Origin: Porphyridium purpureum
Taxonomy: Eukaryota
Length of the DNA: 64,000 nucleotides
Assembly: GCA_008690995.1 (NCBI GenBank)
Contig: VRMN01000002.1
Coordinates: forward strand, 806,001-870,000
Direction: 5' to 3'
The stretch's first letter is position 1. Every line of letters begins with the position of its first letter. Positions 31,567 to 41,314 of this stretch are shown here, in pieces. Below the pieces are notes generated by a model. It ran no database searches. It was not told the DNA's origin and was given only the letters and a program-made list of their open reading frames with translations. The position numbers and the translations under genes are program-made.

Positions 31567-32679
31567 CTACGTTGCCCCTGCCGATTCATATTTCACGCCC
31601 AGCATGGTGCACTTTTCGTAGAGGTCAGCAAAATCGTTCACAAAAAGCTTGCTATTTGCCGCGTACTTTTGCAGTTCGGCGAACAGTTCTGGGTCGTCCA
31701 GCATTGCCTTATCGCGAGCCGACAGCTCCGACAAGTCGCCCTTCTTTTTCAAGGCAAGAAGCTCTTTCAAATATGAATTGTCAAACTTGGTCCCGGGAAG
31801 CTTCAACGTGGCCACATTGGTTTCTACCAGCACTGCTCCACGCGTCTTCTTTGTAACTTTTCCGTACGTCAAGTCGCCTTCTTCGTACGCCGCATCTTCG
31901 TCGTCGTCTCCGCCAGCCATGCTCTTCTTCGCCTCGGCGTTCTTCTGGCCAATCGACTGCAGAACACCGTACGCGCCGTGATACACCACAGCCGAGGCTG
32001 CTGCATTAAGCCCGGATTTCGCAAATGTATATTTAATCTGAGGCGCAGACGCGCCGCTGCCTAGGCCATCCATGTCGCCGGCCTCAACCGGATCCGCTTG
32101 CTTAACATCCTCACGACCCAGCTGGATCACGATGCGGGGTCCTCCAACGATCTCAGAGACGACGGCGCCACCAAAAGCATACAGATCTGCCACCGATGCA
32201 TCCTTGACGCGCGCGCGAATCGAATCCACGGCCTCTGCGGCCTCCTTGACGTTCGCATTGTACGCGAGATCGAGCTCGTACGCGAGAGAGCCATTCGGTC
32301 CACCATTACCGGTAGTCTTTGAGTATGTCAGACTGTCGTGGATAGCTAGCGCCATAACGCTCGCCAACAACTCGGGGCCCTCCGACAGCAAGTTTCTAAA
32401 GCCTTGCTTGATTCGATTGATCTCCGAGACTTTCATTTCCTTGTCGCCATACTTTTCAGTATCCACAAAGACCGCCGCCTGCGCGGCTCGCGGAAGCAAA
32501 TTTGTGGCTCCGACGGCGGCCGCGAGTGCCATCGCGGACGCCGCGTGCAAAACCTCACGGCGGCTGGTCACCGGCGGGCTCGGGTCTGCGGCCAAGCCTC
32601 GATCTGTGCACATGCAGCACGTCGAGCGCCGATACGAAGGCAGGCATGGCGGTACGCCAGCAGGCACAAACAAGAACAT
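31567..32679 (-). CDS. Thylakoid lumen ascorbate-peroxidase-like protein (TL29/APX4 family)
   Basis: Transit peptide MFLFV..., Tat signal SRREVL...AAQA; PELLASVMALAIHDSLTYSKTTGNGGPNGSL, SVADL..GG, LGRED, KFDNSY and D.AMLDDPE. Confidence 0.85.
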   Translation of the reverse strand: MFLFVPAGVPPCLPSYRRSTCCMCTDRGLAADPSPPVTSRREVLHAASAMALAAAVGATNLLPRAAQAAVFVDTEKYGDKEMKVSEINRIKQGFRNLLSEGPELLASVMALAIHDSLTYSKTTGNGGPNGSLAYELDLAYNANVKEAAEAVDSIRARVKDASVADLYAFGGAVVSEIVGGPRIVIQLGREDVKQADPVEAGDMDGLGSGASAPQIKYTFAKSGLNAAASAVVYHGAYGVLQSIGQKNAEAKKSMAGGDDDEDAAYEEGDLTYGKVTKKTRGAVLVETNVATLKLPGTKFDNSYLKELLALKKKGDLSELSARDKAMLDDPELFAELQKYAANSKLFVNDFADLYEKCTMLGVKYESAGAT

Positions 32680-32843
32680 GGTCCTGCGTTGCAACGGTAA
32701 CTGTTCCACGGGATTCTAAAGCGTTCGTCTTCTCCGCTTGCTCTCGGCCTTGGCCATGCCGTGCAGTCGAAAGATTCTTCCACCTGCCTTGGGACAGCAG
32801 ATACTAATAAAAATGGTCCATTTAATAATAATTGCGAACGTTG

Positions 32844-33773
32844 CTATCGCTTGGAGATTACGCGTTTGGCGTGCTGGGGCACAAAGCCCATCTGGTTATT
32901 GTGGCTTCGTTGCGCGCGGACAGTCCGCGACCACTTGGACTTTGGGTTTGGTTTATCTGGACGCACGTCTAGCATTGTGGCCGCGCGCATCAGAAGCGTC
33001 ACATTAAGTCTCCTTGACGGGATCTCGACCGGCCGGCTGCGCCGCCATTTTAAGAGCGCAACGTCATCGGACACTGGCTCGTCGCGTTCCAGGGCGCACC
33101 ATTGGCCCCGGCTTTCTTCTACCTCTACACACAACGCCCGCATGGCTCGCCTTGGCCCAAAGTGTTCGTTGAAAACGACGTTGCATGCGCTGTCATTCAC
33201 CCATTCAACCCAGCGCGGACCGAAGGACCCGAAAAGATCGACGATTTCTGGCGTGCTTAACGCGTCCACGCCGTGTACGTGCAGTGCATTCGGGCGCACG
33301 TCTTCTTCGTTTGGATTCACATAACGCGGCGGCTCCAGAACCGCCAGCGGTGTCCTTTCCGCCTCTGGCAGAGGTGGAGCCGATGCGTCTGCCGAACCAT
33401 TCCCAGCGTCACCTGCGCCCGCGAGCACTTCGTGAGCGGACGAGTCAAGGTTGAATCGCTTTGCGCGGGCAGCACCCTTTCGCAATTCTTCCTCGCTGGT
33501 AGGATCAAAGCCCACGCCGAGGCCCGCGACGGCGGCAGTGTATCGCCTGACGCCCAGCACGGCGGTTTCTTTCGGCCTGACCAGCGGCACGCCGAACCGC
33601 GCGGCGCGCTGTTCGTGTTTTTTCCTCGCCTCCTCCATCTGCCTATTGACCAGCTCATCCACCGAGGGCTGTTGCTGGCTGTGCCTGTGCGTGTGCGCAC
33701 GCACGCCATCGAGCGCCACGGGCTGTATTTCTCCGACAGGCTGCACGCCATCTTCTGCAGCAGAGCGCTCCAT
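32844..33773 (-). CDS. NCBP3: Nuclear cap-binding protein subunit 3-like (DUF2414)
   Basis: RPNALHVHGVDALSTPEI..F..FGPRWVEWVNDSACNVVF; RAARFG/RAKRF repeats; LLMRAAT..D. Confidence 0.82.
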   Translation of the reverse strand: MERSAAEDGVQPVGEIQPVALDGVRAHTHRHSQQQPSVDELVNRQMEEARKKHEQRAARFGVPLVRPKETAVLGVRRYTAAVAGLGVGFDPTSEEELRKGAARAKRFNLDSSAHEVLAGAGDAGNGSADASAPPLPEAERTPLAVLEPPRYVNPNEEDVRPNALHVHGVDALSTPEIVDLFGSFGPRWVEWVNDSACNVVFNEHFGPRRAMRALCVEVEESRGQWCALERDEPVSDDVALLKWRRSRPVEIPSRRLNVTLLMRAATMLDVRPDKPNPKSKWSRTVRAQRSHNNQMGFVPQHAKRVISKR

Positions 33774-34806
33774 CACATCACACACACCACCGCACAGCCT
33801 TCCGTCGCTTGTCTCATACACCCACCGGGAGAAATACGACTTGCCTCGATCCCTTGTACGTCGCCACCCCTGCATCCTCTTCACCCACCTACCCCACCTC
33901 ACCCGTACTCCCTGCCCTCTTCCCCAATCAACCTTTCCAGTCATTCTTCAATCTATCTATCAAAACCCCTCCGTCCTTCTGTAGAGACGTGTCCGAAAAA
34001 TGATGGTGACTCGCACACTGTACACTACCTATCATCTTCCTACTGGAATGCATGTTCTTTTATACATAAATTTAACACGACAGAGGTACAGTGGGTGTTC
34101 TTGGTTGTGCTTTTTTTGGGTTGGGTTGTTTTGTCTGTTTTTCGAAACGGCCCGCATGATTTACCTAGTAAAAACGACGAACTGTATAGTAAAAGGCGCG
34201 GATGGTGCAGTTGGACGAAGAGAAACCGAAATGCGGATGTGGATGGGGATTGTGGAAGAGGAGGAGGGGAAGGAGGAGACTGAGAGTGGGAGAAGGGGAG
34301 AAGGATTGATGGTTGGGTGCGTGTGGTGGGTTGGTGGGGCGGAGCAACGTGAGAGGCGAGGGGGGTTGAGGAGGAGGAGATAGATTAGGGGGGGGAGGAC
34401 GGGGAGTGTATGCGCTGGACGGCATTGAGGACGGTGGGAGGTGGAAACGTTCACGTGGGGTTGTGGATCGCCGGGTGGGGTGACGTGGGTGTCGGCGGGG
34501 GACACAGGAAGAGCGAAGAGGAGCGGGTAGAGCGGGAGGGCAGCGTGGGGAGCGGCGGGAAAGGGGGCGCGGCGCGTAGAAGCGTCGAGGTGTGGATCGG
34601 AAAGTTGAGGGATATGAGTGCGGGTGTGTAGATGGATCGCGCACGGAGTGAGGAGGAAGCCTGAGGAGAGGACACAGCGCCGGCGAGGCGGGAGCGGGAA
34701 CTGACTGACTGACAGATTGGTGCAGTGGTAGATTGATTGGGTAGTTGCTTGACGGCTCTCTGCCCTAGTGGCTGGGGACTGACAGCGCGTACATAAGGAG
34801 GCGGCC

Positions 34807-36537
34807 ATGGCCAGCACAAAGACCGGCGGGTTCCTCGGGAGCTTGTTCGCCAAGCGTGATGACTCGTTTCACAATGAAGAGGAAGAAAAACACTCCATGT
34901 CTTCGCCCAACGGTGTCGCAAACAGCAAAAAGATAGCGCGCGGCAAGTCGGCGGGCGGGGCCGAGGCGAAGAAGAGCCTGGCGGGGAATTGGTCCGACGT
35001 GGCCAGTGTATCATCGTCGCGGTTTGCGCCAGACCCACTGGCGCTGCTTCGCAAGACGCCGGCAGAAGTCGGCGCGCCAAACGTGGCTGTGAAAACATCA
35101 AAGGCCGTGATTGGAGGATGGGAAACATACTTCGTGGAGCTCCGCGGATCCATGATTTGCTGCTTCCGCGACAAGGTCAAGAAATGGACGGGCCCAGAAG
35201 AAGACGCTCAGCTTGTGGTGCTGGCCGACGTGGTTGGCTGCGAGCTCAGCAGACCAAAGGCAAACGTGCTCCGTCTCAAGCAGTCCAAGGGTATCATGGA
35301 GCTGAAACTGGACACCAAGTCGCTGGCAGATCGATGGGAGCACGCGTTGCAGCTGGCTTGCGATGAGCGTGACATGGGCATCGACGACTTTGACTATTTG
35401 GCACCCATAGGCAAAGGAGCAGCGGGAAAGGTATTTTTCGTGCGTGACAAGAAGACAGGCGAGCGACTTGCACTGAAGGTTATAGACAAACGGCTGTCAG
35501 TGTTTGATTGTCAGAGCAGCTACAGACACGCGGTTGATGAGCGCCTCTTGCTGCAGCTTGTGGGCTCGCACCCATTCTTCGTTCAGCTGCGGTACGCGTT
35601 CCAGTCTCGCACCAAGCTATATCTTGTCACAGAATTCTGCGACGGAGGCGATCTCTTCTTTTACTTACACGCGCAGCAGCGACCCTTAACAGAGCGGGAA
35701 GCGCGGCGTGTTGTGGCCGAAACTGTATTGGCTTTGAGTGAGCTGCACAGGTTGGGCTTTATTTACCGTGACTTGAAGCCTGAAAACATTCTTCTGGACG
35801 CGCAGGGGCACATCCGTCTCGCTGATTTCGGCTTGAGCAAAAAGCTAGATATAGCGCCAAGACCGGCGAATGCAAAACAGAATGAGCTTTTGAATCGTGG
35901 TCTCACACGTACAAAGACGGTGTGTGGCACGCATGCGTACGTGGCGCCAGAAATGGTTAGCGGCAGTAGCTATGGCTTATCGGTGGACATTTGGACGCTT
36001 GGCATTTTTGCGTACCACATCTTGGTGGGGAGGCCGCCGTACAGTGCAAAGACATTGACCGAGGTGAAGCGCAATTTTGAAAAGGTGAAGGTGCGGTTTT
36101 ACAGTGACATCATGGGCACCGAAACCGTGAACTTTTTGATGAAGCTGCTGGACCGTAATGCAGAACGTCGACTTGGATGCGGCCCGGAAGGGATTGAAGA
36201 ACTCAAGACCGACCCGTTCTTTTCGAAGCTTGACTGGCAGGGCGTCATCCGGCGGCTTCGACACCAAGATGGACTGAAACCAAACACGTCGGTCACGGTC
36301 CAAAACCCGCGCCCGCTTCCGGGCAAAAAGCTCGACGAGAATGACAAATTTTTATTGCGCAATTTTAATCTGGACGAGTGGGTCGGGGTGGTGCCAGATC
36401 CAGACCAGAGCGAGACGCTCTTCTCAGACCGACAGTTCTGGCCGCCCGCGCAGATGGATAAGAAAGTACTCGACGCCTCGTACATTGTTGGCTTCTCCTA
36501 CAGCTCTCGCAAGGTCAAAGTGCGTCTCAATGCATAG
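34807..36537 (+). CDS. AGC-family Ser/Thr kinase with N-terminal PH domain (PKB/S6K-like)
   Basis: PH-like WETYFVELRGS...DRWEHAL; GKGAAGKV, YRDLKPEN, DFG, TVCGTHAYVAPE, RRLG; C-terminal VGFSY. Confidence 0.9.
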   Translation: MASTKTGGFLGSLFAKRDDSFHNEEEEKHSMSSPNGVANSKKIARGKSAGGAEAKKSLAGNWSDVASVSSSRFAPDPLALLRKTPAEVGAPNVAVKTSKAVIGGWETYFVELRGSMICCFRDKVKKWTGPEEDAQLVVLADVVGCELSRPKANVLRLKQSKGIMELKLDTKSLADRWEHALQLACDERDMGIDDFDYLAPIGKGAAGKVFFVRDKKTGERLALKVIDKRLSVFDCQSSYRHAVDERLLLQLVGSHPFFVQLRYAFQSRTKLYLVTEFCDGGDLFFYLHAQQRPLTEREARRVVAETVLALSELHRLGFIYRDLKPENILLDAQGHIRLADFGLSKKLDIAPRPANAKQNELLNRGLTRTKTVCGTHAYVAPEMVSGSSYGLSVDIWTLGIFAYHILVGRPPYSAKTLTEVKRNFEKVKVRFYSDIMGTETVNFLMKLLDRNAERRLGCGPEGIEELKTDPFFSKLDWQGVIRRLRHQDGLKPNTSVTVQNPRPLPGKKLDENDKFLLRNFNLDEWVGVVPDPDQSETLFSDRQFWPPAQMDKKVLDASYIVGFSYSSRKVKVRLNA

Positions 36538-36760
36538 AAGAGACTCATCTTCAGCATGCGGAACGTCGTATCCAGGCATTGATCATGGCACAGCTTGCGT
36601 GCGCATTCAGCAGTTAGCGTTTCGAGTCTTTCAAAGTGCGGTCACGCGCTAAATGTAAAGGTCACTGATTCTCACCCACCTTGCGAACACCACGCCCTCA
36701 ATCAAGCCACCAGTCCACAACTTCGCGGCTGTTTTCGTAACAAACAGAGGCGGTGGAGCG

Positions 36761-37924
36761 ATGTGGGCCTTTACTGGCAGCGCAACGAACTCTGCGCGCC
36801 CATCGCGGCGTGTATGGCACAGGTACGACGCCGTGTGCCGCCGCGGTCGTCGCGGTAGCGCTTCGTCTCACGGCGGTGTCAGAAGTCCGCTGCTCTGCGC
36901 GAACGAGGCTTCATCATCTGGCACGTCCGAGTCCACGCGTAATGGGAAGAGAAATGTCAAGCTTCCGACCCCAAAGGTTATTTCGGCTCGCGACGCACGC
37001 GCAGCGTTCGCGCAGCTCGGAGGCACAGGGAGCGCTTGGAGAGCGTTTGTGAATGAAAGTGCTTCGGCTTGCGTGACGGCGCTGGAGGCCAGCGTGTTCG
37101 CATTTCACGAGTGCTACTCGTGCGTGATTCTTTGCGGTCGCGAACGTCTCAGTGGTGCTGTTGGATTAGCGCTCGCATCTGCACTCAAAAAATCACCTGC
37201 TCGTGAGCATTTTGGCGTCGCGGTTGTTTCGGTGACCCCTCTTGACTGCACTGGCGACATGTGCGTTCAGGAAGAATGGCAGCGGCTAATGGAGATCGCA
37301 GTCAATGACGGCGTAGATTTTATGGACGATCTGCCCGCGACATTCGAGTTTTACTATGATTTAGTCATCGATGCTATGTGCGGTACGGAACAAGGCGACA
37401 TGGAAGACGCGCTTTCGGCTTCGTCACTGTCGCCGCCGTCACCACAACGAACAGAGCAACTCTCCAGCCTCATCGATGTGCTCTCCTCGTGCGAAAAGCC
37501 CCTCGCCTGCATTGATATCCCCGCAGGTTGGGACCAGGAGAATGGTCCCTCCGCGCAGGACGTACTCGACGATCACTTTCTCAAACCGGACGTGCTGATC
37601 TCGCTTGGGGCTCCGAAGAGACCTGTCCGATTCTTTAATGGAGCCTGGCATTTTGTAGCCAGCAGCAGGGCTCAAATGGCACTAGAAAAGTACCTCAAAG
37701 ACCTTGGCAGTGATTCTGGGCCAGCATCCGGACTCGACTTTTACGAAGTCGATCCAGAGCTGCAGTACCATTTAATATCTTCCGACTTGACCAAACTCAG
37801 GTGGGGCACTGACACTGGCCAGATTTACGGCGGTGGGTTCATGGCTACGACATTCACGAAGAAGCCGCGTCGAAAATGGATTGACGTGGATGAAACTGAC
37901 GATTTGTTTGATGACCTCGACTGA
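36761..37924 (+). CDS. YjeF_N / NAD(P)HX epimerase-like protein with organelle-targeting leader
   Basis: VILCG, DLVIDAMCG, IDIPAGWD and KPDVLISLGAPK..F.GAWHFV. Confidence 0.75.
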   Translation: MWAFTGSATNSARPSRRVWHRYDAVCRRGRRGSASSHGGVRSPLLCANEASSSGTSESTRNGKRNVKLPTPKVISARDARAAFAQLGGTGSAWRAFVNESASACVTALEASVFAFHECYSCVILCGRERLSGAVGLALASALKKSPAREHFGVAVVSVTPLDCTGDMCVQEEWQRLMEIAVNDGVDFMDDLPATFEFYYDLVIDAMCGTEQGDMEDALSASSLSPPSPQRTEQLSSLIDVLSSCEKPLACIDIPAGWDQENGPSAQDVLDDHFLKPDVLISLGAPKRPVRFFNGAWHFVASSRAQMALEKYLKDLGSDSGPASGLDFYEVDPELQYHLISSDLTKLRWGTDTGQIYGGGFMATTFTKKPRRKWIDVDETDDLFDDLD

Positions 37925-37940
37925 GTCATTCTATCTAACT

Positions 37941-39218
37941 CTAGTTAGATGCAAGAGCAGAGATCATATCGGCGACTTGGCGTTGTAGCGCAGCAAGCTG
38001 TTGCAGTTGCTCAACCTTATTTGCTGCAGAGAACGCTTCTTCCTTCTGTGGTGGCGCCTTGTGCTCCGTTTTATGCGTGGAAGCCGTCGAGTACCAGGTC
38101 TCCTGGTGATCTTCGAACTCAAACGGTTCCGAACTTGTAGGAAACCTGTTTTCCTTTTCATGCGCTGCTGATGCCGTGGAGCCCTGTCTGTACCGACTCG
38201 CAACCTCGTCACGCAGTGATCGCGTCTGATGGGAGGCGCTGGACTGTTGACTCCCGGTCTGCGGGATTGGTCTTTGACTCAGGACGGGCCTTCTGAGCAT
38301 TTGATTTCGTGGGCGTCTCCGAAGCGCTTGTGCAACCGATGACTCCATATCTTTCAATAAAACGTTGTTCAGTTGTCCGCCATATTCCTGAACAAATTCA
38401 CGCAGAGGCAACGACCGCACCTTTCGAGGGAGCTTCATCATCTGTACTCGGTACGCATTCCGAATCGAAAAGGCCGCATTTTGAGATAGCGTGCGCAGCT
38501 CAGAGCAACGAGCATCAATCTCAACATCAATTTCTTCCATGATATTATCGATGCGTTGAATGGTGCGAGACCGTTTGCCAGGCTGCCGGGACGCCCGAGC
38601 GTGGTCGTCGGAGCCTTCGTACATTGTTCCAGACGGCAGTGATTTGACGGGGCTGGCGCTTAATTCTTCATGTCCTCGCTTTTGCTTGGATGTCTCAGAT
38701 GTCTGTTCTGCTCGCGGTTCTGGTACCTGCTCGGAAGCCGAGGCAGGTTGACCTTGAGATCCTTCGTGTGCTTTTTCAGCCTCGACTTCTTCTTTGAGAT
38801 TCAGAATCGCTCCACTGCTCACTCGTTTGCCACGAGCATGTCTTTCACTGGAATGATGACTTGATGACGACGTCGGGGAGGCGTTTGGATCTGAATCGTC
38901 ATCATCGTCGCGAAGCTCGGCTCGAATGGCTAACGCGAGTAGCACTTGAAGCTGCTGCAGGCTCCAGGTCTTCTTCACGTCGGCATGGAACTTTGGCACT
39001 GCAACTGGCGCGTCATGAATGTCTTTCAAATGCATCTGTGCTCCTTGCTGCCACCAGTGCGGCTTTAGCTGTGGCTTCCAGAGCACGCGTTTCGCGTCCT
39101 GCGCGTCGCGCACATACCTGAGCACCTCGCGCTCCAGCGCGCGCTTCTGCGGCTCCACAGAACACACGCCCTGCACCACGCGCCCATCATCCACAACCTC
39201 CACATCCAGCTGCTGCAT
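37941..39218 (-). CDS. Protein containing a Borealin/Nbl1 N-terminal-type domain plus an extra N-terminal domain
   Basis: IMEEIDVEIDARCSELR......IRNAYRVQMMKLPRKVRSLPLREF matches the Borealin_N pattern. Confidence 0.6.
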   Translation of the reverse strand: MQQLDVEVVDDGRVVQGVCSVEPQKRALEREVLRYVRDAQDAKRVLWKPQLKPHWWQQGAQMHLKDIHDAPVAVPKFHADVKKTWSLQQLQVLLALAIRAELRDDDDDSDPNASPTSSSSHHSSERHARGKRVSSGAILNLKEEVEAEKAHEGSQGQPASASEQVPEPRAEQTSETSKQKRGHEELSASPVKSLPSGTMYEGSDDHARASRQPGKRSRTIQRIDNIMEEIDVEIDARCSELRTLSQNAAFSIRNAYRVQMMKLPRKVRSLPLREFVQEYGGQLNNVLLKDMESSVAQALRRRPRNQMLRRPVLSQRPIPQTGSQQSSASHQTRSLRDEVASRYRQGSTASAAHEKENRFPTSSEPFEFEDHQETWYSTASTHKTEHKAPPQKEEAFSAANKVEQLQQLAALQRQVADMISALASN

Positions 39219-39571
39219 TGCGCCTTTCCTCAGCACGTCGCGCCATCCATCCCATCACTACTACCACCGCACCACCAGCTTGCCTGTCCCACTTTCTGCG
39301 CGCTCTCTCTCGCTTTCTTCCAATAGACTTTTTTTCAAATTTTCAAAAACGACCACGCGGAAGAGGTGCAGGTACAGTGTGTTCATGGCATGCTACTGTA
39401 CCTTAGGGTTTCTTGATGGGACAAAAATTAAAGTACAGTGAGTGTAGTGTTCTGTCAGTAATGGAGGCAGAGGTACAGTAATCTGCCGCAGGAAGCTTGG
39501 CAGTTGAGGCGACTCGTTGCGCGAATGAGGTGGCGCGATGGATTGTCCATGCGCGCGGATGAATAGCCGCG

Positions 39572-41263
39572 ATGGAGTCCTGGTGGTCTGATCCAGACGC
39601 GCGGTTAAACGCGCGGCAAGCAGCGCCTGCGCCAGCCTCTTCAGCGCCACAACAAGCGGGATGGGTCGCCGGTGTGGCGTCTCAGCCGCAGCGTGACCCG
39701 CGCAGAGAACTGCCTGACCGTGGTGCGCGCGAGGAACGGCCGTCGCTGCGTGATCAAGTGCGTACAGCGCCCGGCGCGGCCGCCGCGAGGAGAACGCGAG
39801 TAGCAGACCGCGTGCTTCCGTACGAGACAGACCGATTCGAGTCCAAGTACGAGCTTGGGCGGAAACTGGGCGAGGGCGCGTTCGGCGTTGTTTACGTCGC
39901 AAAGTCGAAGAAATCGTCGCGCGAATTTGCGTGTAAAACAATCAGCAAGACCAAATTAATTCGTCCCCAGGACCGCGCTGACGTCGTGCGTGAAGTGGAA
40001 ATCCTGCAGCGGGTGAAGGGCCACCCGAACATCGTGTCCATCCGCCATGTCTTTGAGGACGATACGTCGGTGTCGATTGTCATGGACATGTGCGCAGGTG
40101 GAGAGCTGTTTGACCTAATCACCAAGCGGGGAACATTTACGGAGCAGGACGCCGCAGCAACAGTGACTGTTATGCTCGAGCTGTGCCATCATCTGCACGC
40201 GAACAGCGTGGTCCATCGCGACCTTAAACCAGAGAATTTCCTGCTCTTGTCTGCCGTGCAGGAAACCGGAAGCGCCGGCACGTCGCTCCAGGCGATCGTT
40301 CCGGATATGAAAGTCACCGACTTTGGACTCTCGGTGATCTTGAATTCGCCAAAGGATTGCTCCTTGCACCAAACGGTCGGCACGCCCTTTTACGTGGCAC
40401 CAGAGGTCGTCAACGGAGCTCCGTACGGCGCCAAATGCGATGTGTGGAGCTTGGGATGTATTGCTTATATTCTTCTCAGTGGAAGGCCGCCTTTCACTGG
40501 GGCAACGGTCCCAGAAATCATTTCGGCCGTGAAGCAGGGCCACGTGGATCTTGTCTCCAAACCATGGCACAAGGTGTCGGCGTCGGGCCGAGATTTTGTC
40601 CAACAGATGCTAACGTACGACCCGGCTCACCGCCCAGATTGCGGAAGCCTGTTGAAACATGCATGGCTGAGAGATGCTTCCAGCTCTTCATACGTTTTGT
40701 CAAAGTCTGCCATGAACTCACTAAGAGGCTTTTGGCAGACCAACAACTTCAAGAAGGCTGCACTTTTGGCCCTGGCACGTGAGTCAAGTTCAAGTACAAT
40801 TAGCAGTATGGAGAAAGCGTTCCGTGAGATGGACACCGACCGCTCGGGTACCGTTTCTATCCAGGAGATGCGCGCGTGGCTCGAGAAGCGAGGAAAGAAT
40901 GTGGACCACAAGGCGTTGCTTGAGGCAGTGCGCGCATTTGATATTGACGGCAACGCGGAGCTTGATTACCACGAGTTCCTGCTGGCAACAAGCCGCGTGC
41001 AAGTTCTCAATCGTGCGGATGTGATGCTGCGCGCGTTCCAAAAATATGACTTGAACCACGATGGCAAGCTTGATGCCACGGAAATTGGGATTGCCCTGGA
41101 AGAGATCGGCGTCAGCCGAAAAGAGGCAAAACAGTACATGCGCGAGTTCGACAAAGACGGCAGCGGAACTATTGAGTATGAGGAATTTGTCTCCATGCTA
41201 GTGGAAAACAACGAAGAGCTAGAAGAGGCGTCGAGCTACTTCAAAAAATTCGCGTTGGTCTGA
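39572..41263 (+). CDS. Calcium-dependent protein kinase (kinase + junction + 4 EF-hands)
   Basis: LGEGAFG, HRDLKPEN, DFG, GTPFYVAPE; junction NNFKKAAL; EF loops DTDRSG, DIDGNA, DLNHDG and DKDGSG. Confidence 0.95.
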   Translation: MESWWSDPDARLNARQAAPAPASSAPQQAGWVAGVASQPQRDPRRELPDRGAREERPSLRDQVRTAPGAAAARRTRVADRVLPYETDRFESKYELGRKLGEGAFGVVYVAKSKKSSREFACKTISKTKLIRPQDRADVVREVEILQRVKGHPNIVSIRHVFEDDTSVSIVMDMCAGGELFDLITKRGTFTEQDAAATVTVMLELCHHLHANSVVHRDLKPENFLLLSAVQETGSAGTSLQAIVPDMKVTDFGLSVILNSPKDCSLHQTVGTPFYVAPEVVNGAPYGAKCDVWSLGCIAYILLSGRPPFTGATVPEIISAVKQGHVDLVSKPWHKVSASGRDFVQQMLTYDPAHRPDCGSLLKHAWLRDASSSSYVLSKSAMNSLRGFWQTNNFKKAALLALARESSSSTISSMEKAFREMDTDRSGTVSIQEMRAWLEKRGKNVDHKALLEAVRAFDIDGNAELDYHEFLLATSRVQVLNRADVMLRAFQKYDLNHDGKLDATEIGIALEEIGVSRKEAKQYMREFDKDGSGTIEYEEFVSMLVENNEELEEASSYFKKFALV

Positions 41264-41314
41264 GCCTGTGTCCTTTACACACGGAGTTATCCTTCTTTCA
41301 GAAGTGCCGAGGCA

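Noticed and set aside
33273..35128. Pro/Ser- or Gly-rich ORFs on both strands
   Set aside because: By-products of antisense NCBP3 sequence and the G-rich intergenic tract.
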